A stretch of 64,000 nucleotides of DNA from Pseudomonadota bacterium (GTDB lineage Bacteria; Bdellovibrionota_B; Oligoflexia; Oligoflexales; CAIYRB01), in NCBI GenBank assembly GCA_031416315.1, contig JANOTL010000109.1, positions 1-64,000 of the forward strand, written 5' to 3'. The position numbers were made by a program, and so were the translations under genes. Shown here piece by piece: positions 53,551 through 61,749 of the stretch; position 1 is the first letter of the stretch; every line of letters starts with the position of its first letter. The notes beneath the pieces were generated by a model. That model saw only the letters and a list, made by a program, of their open reading frames with translations. It ran no database searches and was not told where the DNA came from.

Positions 53551-54246
53551 TCAGCGCAAAGCCATCGCCTCGACCGCGTCGAAATCCGGCGCGGTCCGAT
53601 GGCGATCCGAGGCGGTGATCCCAGGCCGGATCAGCTGGATCGTCCCGACCCCGACCTGCGCGGCGGCGTCGAGCTCCTCGGCGACGTCGGAGAGAAAGAG
53701 CGCCTCGCCGCCCGAGCGCCGCACCTCTTTGAGGATGTTGCCGTAGGCCGCGGGCTCGCGTTTTTTGCCTACGGCAGTGTCGAAATACCAGGAAAACAGC
53801 GGCGAAAGGTCGCCGGCGCTCGAATGCGTGAACAGGAGCTTTTGCGCCGCGACCGAGCCGGAGGAGTAGACGCCGAGCTCGCGGCCGGACTTTTTCCAGC
53901 GCTCGAGCGCGGGCGCGACGTCGTCGTAGACGGCGCCCTTGTACGCGCCCGACTCGTAGCCGTGGCGCCAGATCAGGCCTTGCAGGGTCTTCAGCGCCGG
54001 ATGCTTCCGGTCTTCGTCGATCCAGCGCAGGAGCTCTTCGACGGCGCCGTCAGTGTAGATCGCGCGATTTTTCTCCTCGCGCACGGTGGCGATCGCGTCG
54101 TCTAGGCATTGTCTGACGATCGGATCGTCCTCGTTGGCGAGGACGAAGCTCGGCAGCCGCGCGGCGGAGTAGGGGAAGAGCACGTCGTGAACGAAGGTGA
54201 TCGGGGTCGTCGTGCCTTCGATGTCGGTTAAGATCAAGTGGATCAA
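53551..54246 (-). CDS. mtnC: Enolase-phosphatase E1 (acireductone synthase)
   Basis: DIEGTT, FVHDVLFPY, DRKHPALKTLQG, YSSGSV, FLSD. Confidence 0.92.
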   Translation of the reverse strand: MIHLILTDIEGTTTPITFVHDVLFPYSAARLPSFVLANEDDPIVRQCLDDAIATVREEKNRAIYTDGAVEELLRWIDEDRKHPALKTLQGLIWRHGYESGAYKGAVYDDVAPALERWKKSGRELGVYSSGSVAAQKLLFTHSSAGDLSPLFSWYFDTAVGKKREPAAYGNILKEVRRSGGEALFLSDVAEELDAAAQVGVGTIQLIRPGITASDRHRTAPDFDAVEAMALR

Positions 54247-54256
54247 ATGGGAAGCC

Positions 54257-55564
54257 TCAGAAGAGCGACTCGACGAACTCGGCCGGTTTGAAATCGCGCA
54301 GGTCTTTCGCCTTCTCGCCGACGCCGATGTAGCGAACGGGGAGGCCGAACTGGTCGGAGATGCCGACCACGACGCCGCCTTTGGCGGTGCCGTCGAGCTT
54401 GGTGACGACGAGGCCGGTGACGCCGGCGATCTCGCTGAAGGCTTTCACTTGCTGCACGGCGTTTTGGCCCGTCGTGGCGTCGACGACGAGCCAGGTCTCG
54501 TGCGGGGCGCCGGGAAGGTCTTTGCCGATGACGCGCGTCACCTTCTCCAGCTCCTGCATCAGCTCCTTGCGGCTGTGGAGGCGGCCGGCGGTGTCGATGA
54601 TCAAGACGTCCATCTTCCGCGCCATCGCGGCTTTCACGCCGTCATACGCCACGGCGGCGGGATCGGAGCCTTGCTTGTGCTTGATCACCTCGACGCCTAA
54701 GCGCTTGCCCCAGACCTCGAGCTGCTCGATCGCGGCGGCGCGGAAGGTGTCGCCGGCGGCGAGCAGCACCTTCTTGTCCTGCGCCAGGAAATGGGCGGCG
54801 AGCTTGCCGATGGTCGTCGTCTTGCCGACGCCGTTGACGCCCACGACGAGGATGATCCAGGGCCCTTCGGCGGGCACGTTGAGCGGCTTGGTCGGTCGCT
54901 CCAGGATCTCCCGCGCTTCCTGCTTGAGGCAGCGCGCGACCGCGAGCCAGTCGGTGCTCTCGTCTTTCTCCAGAGTCTTGCGAACTTTGTCGACGAGCTT
55001 GTCGGCGGTGGCGACGCCGATGTCGGCTCGGTATAGCGCCTCGTGCAGCCTCTCCAGGACGCCCGCGTCGATCCGCGTCTTGCCGGTGAACACCGCCTCG
55101 ATCGAGGCGCGAAAGGAATCACGCGTCTTCGACAGGCCGTCGCGCAGGCGAGAGAGCCAGGAGCTTCGGTCTGCGCCGCGCAGCTCGCTGAGCTCTTGGT
55201 CCTCGCCGGACGGCTCGGGATCGGCCGCCTTCGGCACGACCTTGAGCTGCGGCCGCGAGGGCGTCGGGACGACCGGCTCGGGCTCGGCCAGGTTCGGCGC
55301 AAGACGCCGGTCCTCGCCGCTGACCGGAGTCTCGATCGACAGGCTCTCGGCGTTCACGTCCTCGATGAGGAGGCGCGCCTCGCGGCGGCGGCTTATGTAG
55401 ATGACGATCGCGGCGATGGCGCCGACGACGAACAGAAGCCCGATCGGGGCCGCGATCAGGAACCAAAGGCCCGGATCGGAGCCGGCATTCTTCAACAGGT
55501 CGAACGGGTCGGTTCTCGGTTCCACGGGATCGCGTGCTCCAACGAAGGATCTAGGGTAAAACAA
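54257..55564 (-). CDS. ftsY: SRP receptor FtsY with N-terminal TM segment
   Basis: GVNGVGKTTT, DTFRAAA, DTAGRL, TKLDGTAKGG, IGVGE. Start is approximate. Confidence 0.93.
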   Translation of the reverse strand: MFYPRSFVGARDPVEPRTDPFDLLKNAGSDPGLWFLIAAPIGLLFVVGAIAAIVIYISRRREARLLIEDVNAESLSIETPVSGEDRRLAPNLAEPEPVVPTPSRPQLKVVPKAADPEPSGEDQELSELRGADRSSWLSRLRDGLSKTRDSFRASIEAVFTGKTRIDAGVLERLHEALYRADIGVATADKLVDKVRKTLEKDESTDWLAVARCLKQEAREILERPTKPLNVPAEGPWIILVVGVNGVGKTTTIGKLAAHFLAQDKKVLLAAGDTFRAAAIEQLEVWGKRLGVEVIKHKQGSDPAAVAYDGVKAAMARKMDVLIIDTAGRLHSRKELMQELEKVTRVIGKDLPGAPHETWLVVDATTGQNAVQQVKAFSEIAGVTGLVVTKLDGTAKGGVVVGISDQFGLPVRYIGVGEKAKDLRDFKPAEFVESLF

Positions 55565-55572
55565 TTTCAGAC

Positions 55573-56979
55573 ATGGTTCGACAAGTAGAAAAATCCAAGG
55601 CTTGGCCCCCGTCCCTGAAGCTTTGCGGAGTCAGGCGCGTCGAAGACGTGCGACTCGCGGCCGAGCGCGGCTTTCGCTGGGTCGGCTTTAACACCTATCT
55701 CGGGTCGAAACGGCACATTGACGCCGCGGCGGCGGCCGCGCTCTGGCGCGAGGCCGGGGTGTCCGGCGCCTCGGCCGTTCTGGTCGTCGTCGACCTCGAG
55801 CCGAAGGCGGTCGCGGCCGCGCTTGCGACTTTTCCCGAGGCGAGGGCGGTGCAGTGCCACGGGGCGGAAACGCCGGCGGCGCTCGACGCGGTGCGGGCCG
55901 TCCTCGAAGGACGCGCGCTTTGGAAGGCCGTGCCGATCCTCGCGGAGGCCGACGTGCGCGAGCTGCCGCGGCGCTACGCGGCTCACTGCGATCTCCTCCT
56001 GCTTGATCAGGGCAAGCCGCCAGAGGGCGCTGCCGTCGCGGGGGGAAGCGGCGTGCGCTTCGACTGGCGTTGGCTCGCCGCGTACGACGCTGCCACGCCG
56101 CTCGGCGTTGCGGGCGGCGTCAGACCCGAAAACGTTTCCGAGCTGCGCGCCCACGCGCCCGCGCTCATCGATCTGTCGTCCGGCGTCGAGAGGGCGCCCG
56201 GCGTGAAGGATCCGGGCCTGGTGGCGGCGTTCTGCGCCGCGCTCGCCGTGCTTTTTTGCCTCGCCATGCCGGCGCGCGCAGAGGACGCGCTCGAGAACGC
56301 GAAGGACGAGATCACCTCTTTGCCGAAGCCCGAGCTCGACGAGTTCGTCAGCAAAGCGGAGATCCACGAGTGGGATCGCTACGTGCGCGGATTTCGGCGC
56401 GACCACAACTTCGCGCTCAGCGCCGGCGTCAGTCAGGGGATCTGGAACGTCAAGCGCCTGGGCACGCTGGAGAAGCGGAAGTTCCGCAACTCGGGCGTCT
56501 ACTCTCGCTTTCAGTACTCGTTCCACCTTCCGTTGTGGCGCGGCTTCGGGTACATGCTTGGCTCGTCTTTCGGCTATCACTACGAATCGAGCGACCGCCG
56601 CCGGCCGTTCGCGCCGGTGCCGGCCTACATTTTCCCGGGGATCCTAACCGGGCTGGTGCTCAACATCTCGCCCGTCTTCCGCGCCGCCGCCACGTTCGAG
56701 GCGAACATGGAGCGCCACGACGGCGTCCGCGAGCACGACGGCCGCGGCGAAGACACCGAGATCAGCATCACGCTGCAGGCCTGGGATGCCGGCGTCTACT
56801 TCGACGTCTTCTACGACCTGGCCTGGGCGATCCGAGTGGAGGCGCACCACCGCTTCCTCGACTACCTGGAGCCCCGATGCACCCGGGACAACTGCCGAAA
56901 AAAGGGTTTCGACGTCAACGCCAACCTGAAAAAGGCGGACGACTGGCTCGGCATCGGCCTCGTCCATCACCTCCTGTGA
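55573..56979 (+). CDS. trpF: Phosphoribosylanthranilate isomerase fused in frame to a signal-like helix and a putative beta-barrel domain
   Basis: LKLCG, VQCHG.E, LLLD, GGSG..FDW, AGG, DLSSGVE...GVKD, with no stop before the aromatic-rich C-terminal domain. Confidence 0.75.
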   Translation: MVRQVEKSKAWPPSLKLCGVRRVEDVRLAAERGFRWVGFNTYLGSKRHIDAAAAAALWREAGVSGASAVLVVVDLEPKAVAAALATFPEARAVQCHGAETPAALDAVRAVLEGRALWKAVPILAEADVRELPRRYAAHCDLLLLDQGKPPEGAAVAGGSGVRFDWRWLAAYDAATPLGVAGGVRPENVSELRAHAPALIDLSSGVERAPGVKDPGLVAAFCAALAVLFCLAMPARAEDALENAKDEITSLPKPELDEFVSKAEIHEWDRYVRGFRRDHNFALSAGVSQGIWNVKRLGTLEKRKFRNSGVYSRFQYSFHLPLWRGFGYMLGSSFGYHYESSDRRRPFAPVPAYIFPGILTGLVLNISPVFRAAATFEANMERHDGVREHDGRGEDTEISITLQAWDAGVYFDVFYDLAWAIRVEAHHRFLDYLEPRCTRDNCRKKGFDVNANLKKADDWLGIGLVHHLL

Positions 56980-57052
56980 ATCCGTAAACCCCTGATTCCT
57001 CAAGTTCCCGCCGCATGCGGTCGAAAAGGGAGGGACGAGGGGGAAGCGCGGC

Positions 57053-57256
57053 ATGGCCAAAGACGAGAAGAAGATCACGAAGGACGTGAACCGGGGCACT
57101 CAGGACGAGCTCGAGGTCGTCATGATGATCGTGTCCGAGAACCTCGCGCTGCGGATGACGGTGATGGAGCGGATCAAACAGGTGAAGAATCGCATCGCGC
57201 AGCGTAACCGTTCGGGAGCGTCGGATGGGCCAAAGCTTTCGAAAAAACCTGAGTAA
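57053..57256 (+). CDS. Small hypothetical protein
   Basis: Purine-rich RBS region, ATG start, charged helical sequence. Confidence 0.6.
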   Translation: MAKDEKKITKDVNRGTQDELEVVMMIVSENLALRMTVMERIKQVKNRIAQRNRSGASDGPKLSKKPE

Positions 57257-57863
57257 TCCCGCCGTCTGGTCGGCCCTCGTCGTCGCGCTCGGGATGGGCG
57301 GCCCGACGGCTTGCGTAAGCACGACCGCGCCCAAGCAGGACGTCCTCGAGACCTCGAGCGCAAAAGCTCCGGCTTGGGTCGTGCTCGCGCCGGCGCGGTG
57401 GCACAAGCCGGCGCAGGCGGGCGCCGGGTTTCGCTTCATTTTCGCGCGCGACCGTCTGGGTGACGTCGCCGGCGGCATGAAGGACACGCAGCTAGGCGCG
57501 ATGGACGCAAGTCTCGCGGCCTACGTCGCGGCCGGCAGGGAGGCTACCACCGAGTTGGCGGGCGCGGACGCCGCCAAAGCCGCCACCGTCGAGCTGGAGC
57601 GCGCGCTCGAGGAAGCGGGGCGCGAGGCGCACGGGCGCTTGGCGCGGGTTTCGGATGTCTATTACGAGACGAGCGCAGCCGACGCAAACGGCAGGCTGCG
57701 GTATCGGGCTTGGGTCATGGTCGAGATGCCAACGGGCGCCGTGAGCCAGCTCCTGGAGGGGCTGGAGAGGCGCCTCGCTCGATCACGCGATCCGAAGGCG
57801 CGTCGCGTCGGCGACAGCTTAAAAAGGGCGGGGGCCAAGGGTGTCCCGGAGCTCGCCCGATAG
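57225..57863 (+). CDS. Hypothetical lipoprotein (LPP20-like)
   Basis: Hydrophobic segment, PTAC lipobox, KAPAWV motif. Start uncertain. Confidence 0.5.
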   Translation: MGQSFRKNLSNPAVWSALVVALGMGGPTACVSTTAPKQDVLETSSAKAPAWVVLAPARWHKPAQAGAGFRFIFARDRLGDVAGGMKDTQLGAMDASLAAYVAAGREATTELAGADAAKAATVELERALEEAGREAHGRLARVSDVYYETSAADANGRLRYRAWVMVEMPTGAVSQLLEGLERRLARSRDPKARRVGDSLKRAGAKGVPELAR

Positions 57864-57929
57864 GCATCTTTTAGGCACGGAGCGGGTGCTCGGGAGACTG
57901 GCACGGGGCGGGCGTGACTGCTAGGTTGG

Positions 57930-59747
57930 GTGGTTCGAAATGGGGAACCACTGCCTTTGTCCGATGTCGTGCCTGCCAGTCTCGCGTCGATTGCGCCGCA
58001 CCTCGTGTTGCCTGCGTGGTGGGTGCGCGCCTACGAGGAGACCACCTTCTCCGACGGTCCCGAGGAGAGCGCGATGCGGCGCGCGGCGCAGGCGGGGCTC
58101 GCTCCCGTCATGTCCTCGGTCGAGCTGAACGCGCTCGCCGTCGTGCTCGCGAGCTTGCAGGAGCAGATGCTCGCGGGGCAGCACCGGCTCCTCGTGATTC
58201 GCTCCGAGGATCATTTGAAGCATGCGAGCACGACAGTGAAGAGCCGCCTCTTCGCTTTCGAGCGCATCGTCCAGCAGCTCGCCGGGGTGCGCATTCTGGC
58301 GCCGGGCGTGGACAAGGTGCGGCGCTCTTACAAGATCTTCGCCGCCGATAGCTTCATTTCGGGCGAGGGCGATTCGACCGCGGTCGAGCTCTTGCCGACG
58401 CGCCTCGGAGCCGAGCTGACGCTCGGGCTCGCGGATCCGCATCTGGATCTGGTCAGGCTCGCGGCGGGCGAGCCGGAGGCGCACACCGTCCTCGGCGGGA
58501 AGGCGCCGCTCGGGCTTTGGCGTAGCGTCTGGCTCGAGCTCGGTGGGCTCGAGCAGTCCTTGTTTCTTCGCGTCGAGCGCGCGATGCAGTGGGAGACGCG
58601 CTGGCTCACTTTGGACGGCGTGTTCGGACTGCCGCTCGACGAGCTGTTTCGTGGGCTGCGCTTGCCTGAGACGCGCGACGCGGGGAGCACGGCGGAGCTC
58701 GTGCGCCGCCTGCGCGTCCTCGACCGGCTCGGGCGCCGGCTCGCCTCGCACGGGTTTTTGGCGCCGGCGGCCGCCGATCAGTACCTAGCGGTCGACGCGA
58801 AGGAAGAGACCGAGATCGTCCTGGCTTGGCAGGCCGGGCGCGAGCGGCTCGCGTCGGAGGCGATGTGCGCTTACCGCGTGCGCGTCGCCGAGTTCTTCGT
58901 GCGGCACCGCTTCGCCGATTTCGGCGACGCTTTCCACCGCCTTTTCCTTGGACCCTCGCCGACGCACGACGCGCTCGCGACGGCGCGCGCGGATTGGGGG
59001 CGCCTCACGGCCTTGCCCGTCGATCCCGAGGCGGCGACGGCGGTCGGCTTCTCGCCTTGCCAGCCGTTGGCGATGGCGGCGCTCTTTCATGAGTGGCGCC
59101 TGCGGCGAAGCTTCGCGCAGCCCTTTCCTTTACCTGATCTCGTCGTCCACGGAAGGCTCTCGGAGCTGACCGCGCCGGGGGGATCGGAAAGCGTCGTGGC
59201 CGAGCGGTTCGCCGCGTTCGCACGGTACTTCGCGGAGCATCCGCAGCTCGGCGCGTCGCTCCAAAATGTCGCGTTCGCCTCTTACGCCTCGACGGCGAGT
59301 AAGGCGAGCCGGGAGCTGCGCGAGCGTCTGAGCGCAGCGCTGACGCCGCCTTCGCCCGAAGTGCGGCTGAGCGGGGATGCGCCCAAGGCGGCGGCGCGCG
59401 AGCTGCCCTCGCCCCAAAGCGCGACGCAGGCCAGCGCCGGCGGGGCCTCCGTTGGTGTGGCGGCGCGGCCGGTTGTCGAGGGCTCGGTCTCCGGCGCTTT
59501 GGCGTCGCGTATGCGGCGCATCGCCTCCGACGAGCTGGCGAAGATGCGGGCTTCGGCGCCCGAGCGTTACGGCGAGCTACGCCGCGCCTATTTCTCGTCG
59601 ATCGACGTCGACCAGCGCCGGACCATCCTGGATTGTCAGAAGACGATGCCGGTCACGATGTTCGAGGAGCACCTGAAGCACCGTCTGGTGCGGTATATGG
59701 TGGAAAACCCTGGTGGCTGGCGGACGACGGCTCACACGTCGATTTGA
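57930..59747 (+). CDS. Hypothetical protein
   Basis: 605-aa open frame with protein-like composition; no family recognised. Confidence 0.65.
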   Translation: MVRNGEPLPLSDVVPASLASIAPHLVLPAWWVRAYEETTFSDGPEESAMRRAAQAGLAPVMSSVELNALAVVLASLQEQMLAGQHRLLVIRSEDHLKHASTTVKSRLFAFERIVQQLAGVRILAPGVDKVRRSYKIFAADSFISGEGDSTAVELLPTRLGAELTLGLADPHLDLVRLAAGEPEAHTVLGGKAPLGLWRSVWLELGGLEQSLFLRVERAMQWETRWLTLDGVFGLPLDELFRGLRLPETRDAGSTAELVRRLRVLDRLGRRLASHGFLAPAAADQYLAVDAKEETEIVLAWQAGRERLASEAMCAYRVRVAEFFVRHRFADFGDAFHRLFLGPSPTHDALATARADWGRLTALPVDPEAATAVGFSPCQPLAMAALFHEWRLRRSFAQPFPLPDLVVHGRLSELTAPGGSESVVAERFAAFARYFAEHPQLGASLQNVAFASYASTASKASRELRERLSAALTPPSPEVRLSGDAPKAAARELPSPQSATQASAGGASVGVAARPVVEGSVSGALASRMRRIASDELAKMRASAPERYGELRRAYFSSIDVDQRRTILDCQKTMPVTMFEEHLKHRLVRYMVENPGGWRTTAHTSI

Positions 59748-59896
59748 CTGACCTTTCCATTGAAAACCATATCAATTTTATAAAATCCGGTTTACAGCGT
59801 GGCTGAAATCTGGGATAAGCGCGTCGCTACTTTCTCACGAACCTACGCCCTCATGAACTCATATACCCCCCCCTCCACGCCATTAGGAGTGCCTAC

Positions 59897-61042
59897 ATGT
59901 CCGTTTCCCTTCGCAAGTGGATCCTCTCCACGGCTTTTGTTGCGGCCTTGCCGCTCGCCGGTTGCTCCGAGACGACGCCGAGCGCTTCGAATCCGCTCGT
60001 CACCGACGTCGAGCATACGATCGTCAAGCGCCAGTCTATCGGCAACTGCTGGCTCTACGCGCAAGCGACGTGGCTCGAGTCGCAGATCCTCCAGAACCAA
60101 GATCAAGATGTCGACGTCTCCGAGTCCTATTGGACCTGGTGGCACTGGTACGACCAGATCGTCGGCAGCTCGCGCACCGAGCTCCAGACCGGCGGCTGGT
60201 GGAGCACGTCCGCAAACATCGTCCTGCGCCACGGCTTCGTGCTCGAAGCCGAGTTCCTCTCCAACGAAGCTGGTGTCGAGATGTCGGCCGCGCAGAAGTT
60301 GGCCCTCGCCTCGATCAACGCCGCGCTCGGCGCAGGCGGCGAGCTCGCCACCGTCCAGTCCCGCACTCCGGCGCGCGTGCGCCAGCTTCTCGACACGGCG
60401 TTCGGCTCGAACATGGCGACCGCGGAAGCCGTCGCCCGCAACCCGGCGACCTTCGTCGCGATGAAAGACCGTTTCGGCAACGCGATCTCTTTGCAGAAAG
60501 CGCTCGCCGGTAACGCGAACCAGCGTTGGACCTCCGTCTCGTACCCGCGCATCTACGGCGAGACCGCCGTTGCCAGCGCGCAGACGCAAGCAAGCCGCAA
60601 CGCGGTCATGAAGCGCGCGCTCCGGGCGGTGAACGCGCGTCACCCGGTCGTGATGTCCTTGATGATCGACTTCAACGCGCTCGACATCACCGACGCGACC
60701 TTCAAGAAGTCGCTCGTCGACGAAGTCGGCGCCGGCACTCAAGGCGGCCACATGGTGGTCCTCGAGGACTACTCGGTCAGCAACGTGCCGGGCATCGGCG
60801 CCATCGGCTTCGGCGACGTCTCCGACGACCTGAAGGCGAAAGCGCTGACGGGCAAGGTCGAGATGCTCCGCGCCAAGAACAGCTGGGGCAAAAACCGCCC
60901 CGACCGCGGCCTGACCGACGGCTACACCAACTTCGACCGCGCTTACCTCACCGGCCAGTTGGCGTGGAAGGTGTCGGCCGAGTCCGAGCAGGTGAACTAT
61001 TACACGACGCTGACCGACTTCGTCTTGCCCCCGGGCTACTGA
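59897..61042 (+). CDS. Papain-like (C1) cysteine protease lipoprotein
   Basis: AGGAG RBS; lipobox LAGC; RQSIGNCW, GGHMVV, KNSWG. Confidence 0.85.
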   Translation: MSVSLRKWILSTAFVAALPLAGCSETTPSASNPLVTDVEHTIVKRQSIGNCWLYAQATWLESQILQNQDQDVDVSESYWTWWHWYDQIVGSSRTELQTGGWWSTSANIVLRHGFVLEAEFLSNEAGVEMSAAQKLALASINAALGAGGELATVQSRTPARVRQLLDTAFGSNMATAEAVARNPATFVAMKDRFGNAISLQKALAGNANQRWTSVSYPRIYGETAVASAQTQASRNAVMKRALRAVNARHPVVMSLMIDFNALDITDATFKKSLVDEVGAGTQGGHMVVLEDYSVSNVPGIGAIGFGDVSDDLKAKALTGKVEMLRAKNSWGKNRPDRGLTDGYTNFDRAYLTGQLAWKVSAESEQVNYYTTLTDFVLPPGY

Positions 61043-61066
61043 GCCTGGAGTTGGCGAGACGCACCG

Positions 61067-61094
61067 AAAAGCCCGTCGAGAGACGGGCTTTTTT
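61067..61094. terminator. Bidirectional intrinsic terminator
   Basis: AAAA-GCCCGTC-GAGA-GACGGGC-TTTTTT. Confidence 0.85.
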
Positions 61095-61207
61095 GTTGAG
61101 CCAGCCGGACTGCCGGCACGCGACCCACGGCGGGCCCCGGCAGCGCCCGGGTCGGTCTCGTCTTCGGATGTGAGTGTGCACGGTCTCGTAGCTCAGCATG
61201 GGTCCTC

Positions 61208-61420
61208 CTAGAGCTGGTTCATATGACGGGCACGGAGCTTTTTGTCGGCTCGCTCCGCGAGATAAGCGCGTCTTTCCGAGTCGTAGTGATAGCCACGCTG
61301 CCGGCGGCGGCGGATGTCGGCCGCAATCCTGACGAGGAGAAGCCGTAGGGTTTGCAGGTAACGCGTCCGCTGCAGCTGGTTCGTTCCGCGCATGAATAAA
61401 GCGCGGGCAGTGGCTCTCAC
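61208..61420 (-). CDS. Small basic hypothetical protein
   Basis: GGGAGG RBS before the GTG start; 70 aa, Arg-rich. Confidence 0.4.
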   Translation of the reverse strand: MRATARALFMRGTNQLQRTRYLQTLRLLLVRIAADIRRRRQRGYHYDSERRAYLAERADKKLRARHMNQL

Positions 61421-61544
61421 GGCAATGACCTCCCAAGGCCCGCAGGATTGCGGACGAGTCGCGACGATCTTTTGAACGAAAAATCCCGGGCACGCGCGGC
61501 GCGCGACCCGGGTCTCGTTTTTTGGCCCTCAGCGCGAGGGCGTT

Positions 61545-61573
61545 AAAAAACCCAGGTCTTTTTGGGACCTGGG
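61545..61573 (-). terminator. Intrinsic terminator after the 27-aa ORF
   Basis: Minus strand reads CCCAGGTC-CCAAAAA-GACCTGGG-TTTTTT. Confidence 0.75.
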
Positions 61574-61606
61574 TGTCTCGGCATCAAGCGATGCGGGGAG
61601 CGCGCC

Positions 61607-61690
61607 CTAGGTCCAACAAGCGTCGGCTTGGTCTTTACCGCATTCGCGGAGACCAGATACGAGTTGCGGAACTTGGTTGGAAATAAACAC
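61607..61690 (-). CDS. 27-aa small ORF / candidate leader peptide
   Basis: AAGGAGG RBS, GTG start, MFISNQVPQLVSGLRECGKDQADACWT. Confidence 0.45.
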   Translation of the reverse strand: MFISNQVPQLVSGLRECGKDQADACWT

Positions 61691-61712
61691 GCTCGACCCT
61701 CCTTCACTCACC

Positions 61713-61740
61713 ACTCTATCACAATGACGCGGCGAATCAA
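61713..61740 (-). promoter_or_regulatory. Candidate sigma-70 promoter
   Basis: Minus strand TTGATT, 16-nt spacer, extended TGnTAGAGT. Confidence 0.5.
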
Positions 61741-61749
61741 TAAACAAAG

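Noticed and set aside
57898..57916. Possible sigma-54 promoter CTGGCACGGGGCGGGCG
   Set aside because: It has GG-N10-GC but lacks the TT before GC, so it is likely chance in GC-rich DNA.
60948..61199. Minus-strand ORF from ATG 61199 as a confident gene
   Set aside because: Good RBS, but the frame crosses a terminator and overlaps the convergent protease gene; mentioned only within a finding.
61440..61740. c-di-GMP or T-box riboswitch
   Set aside because: I could not find the GEMM or T-box consensus on either strand; kept only as an attenuator-like candidate.
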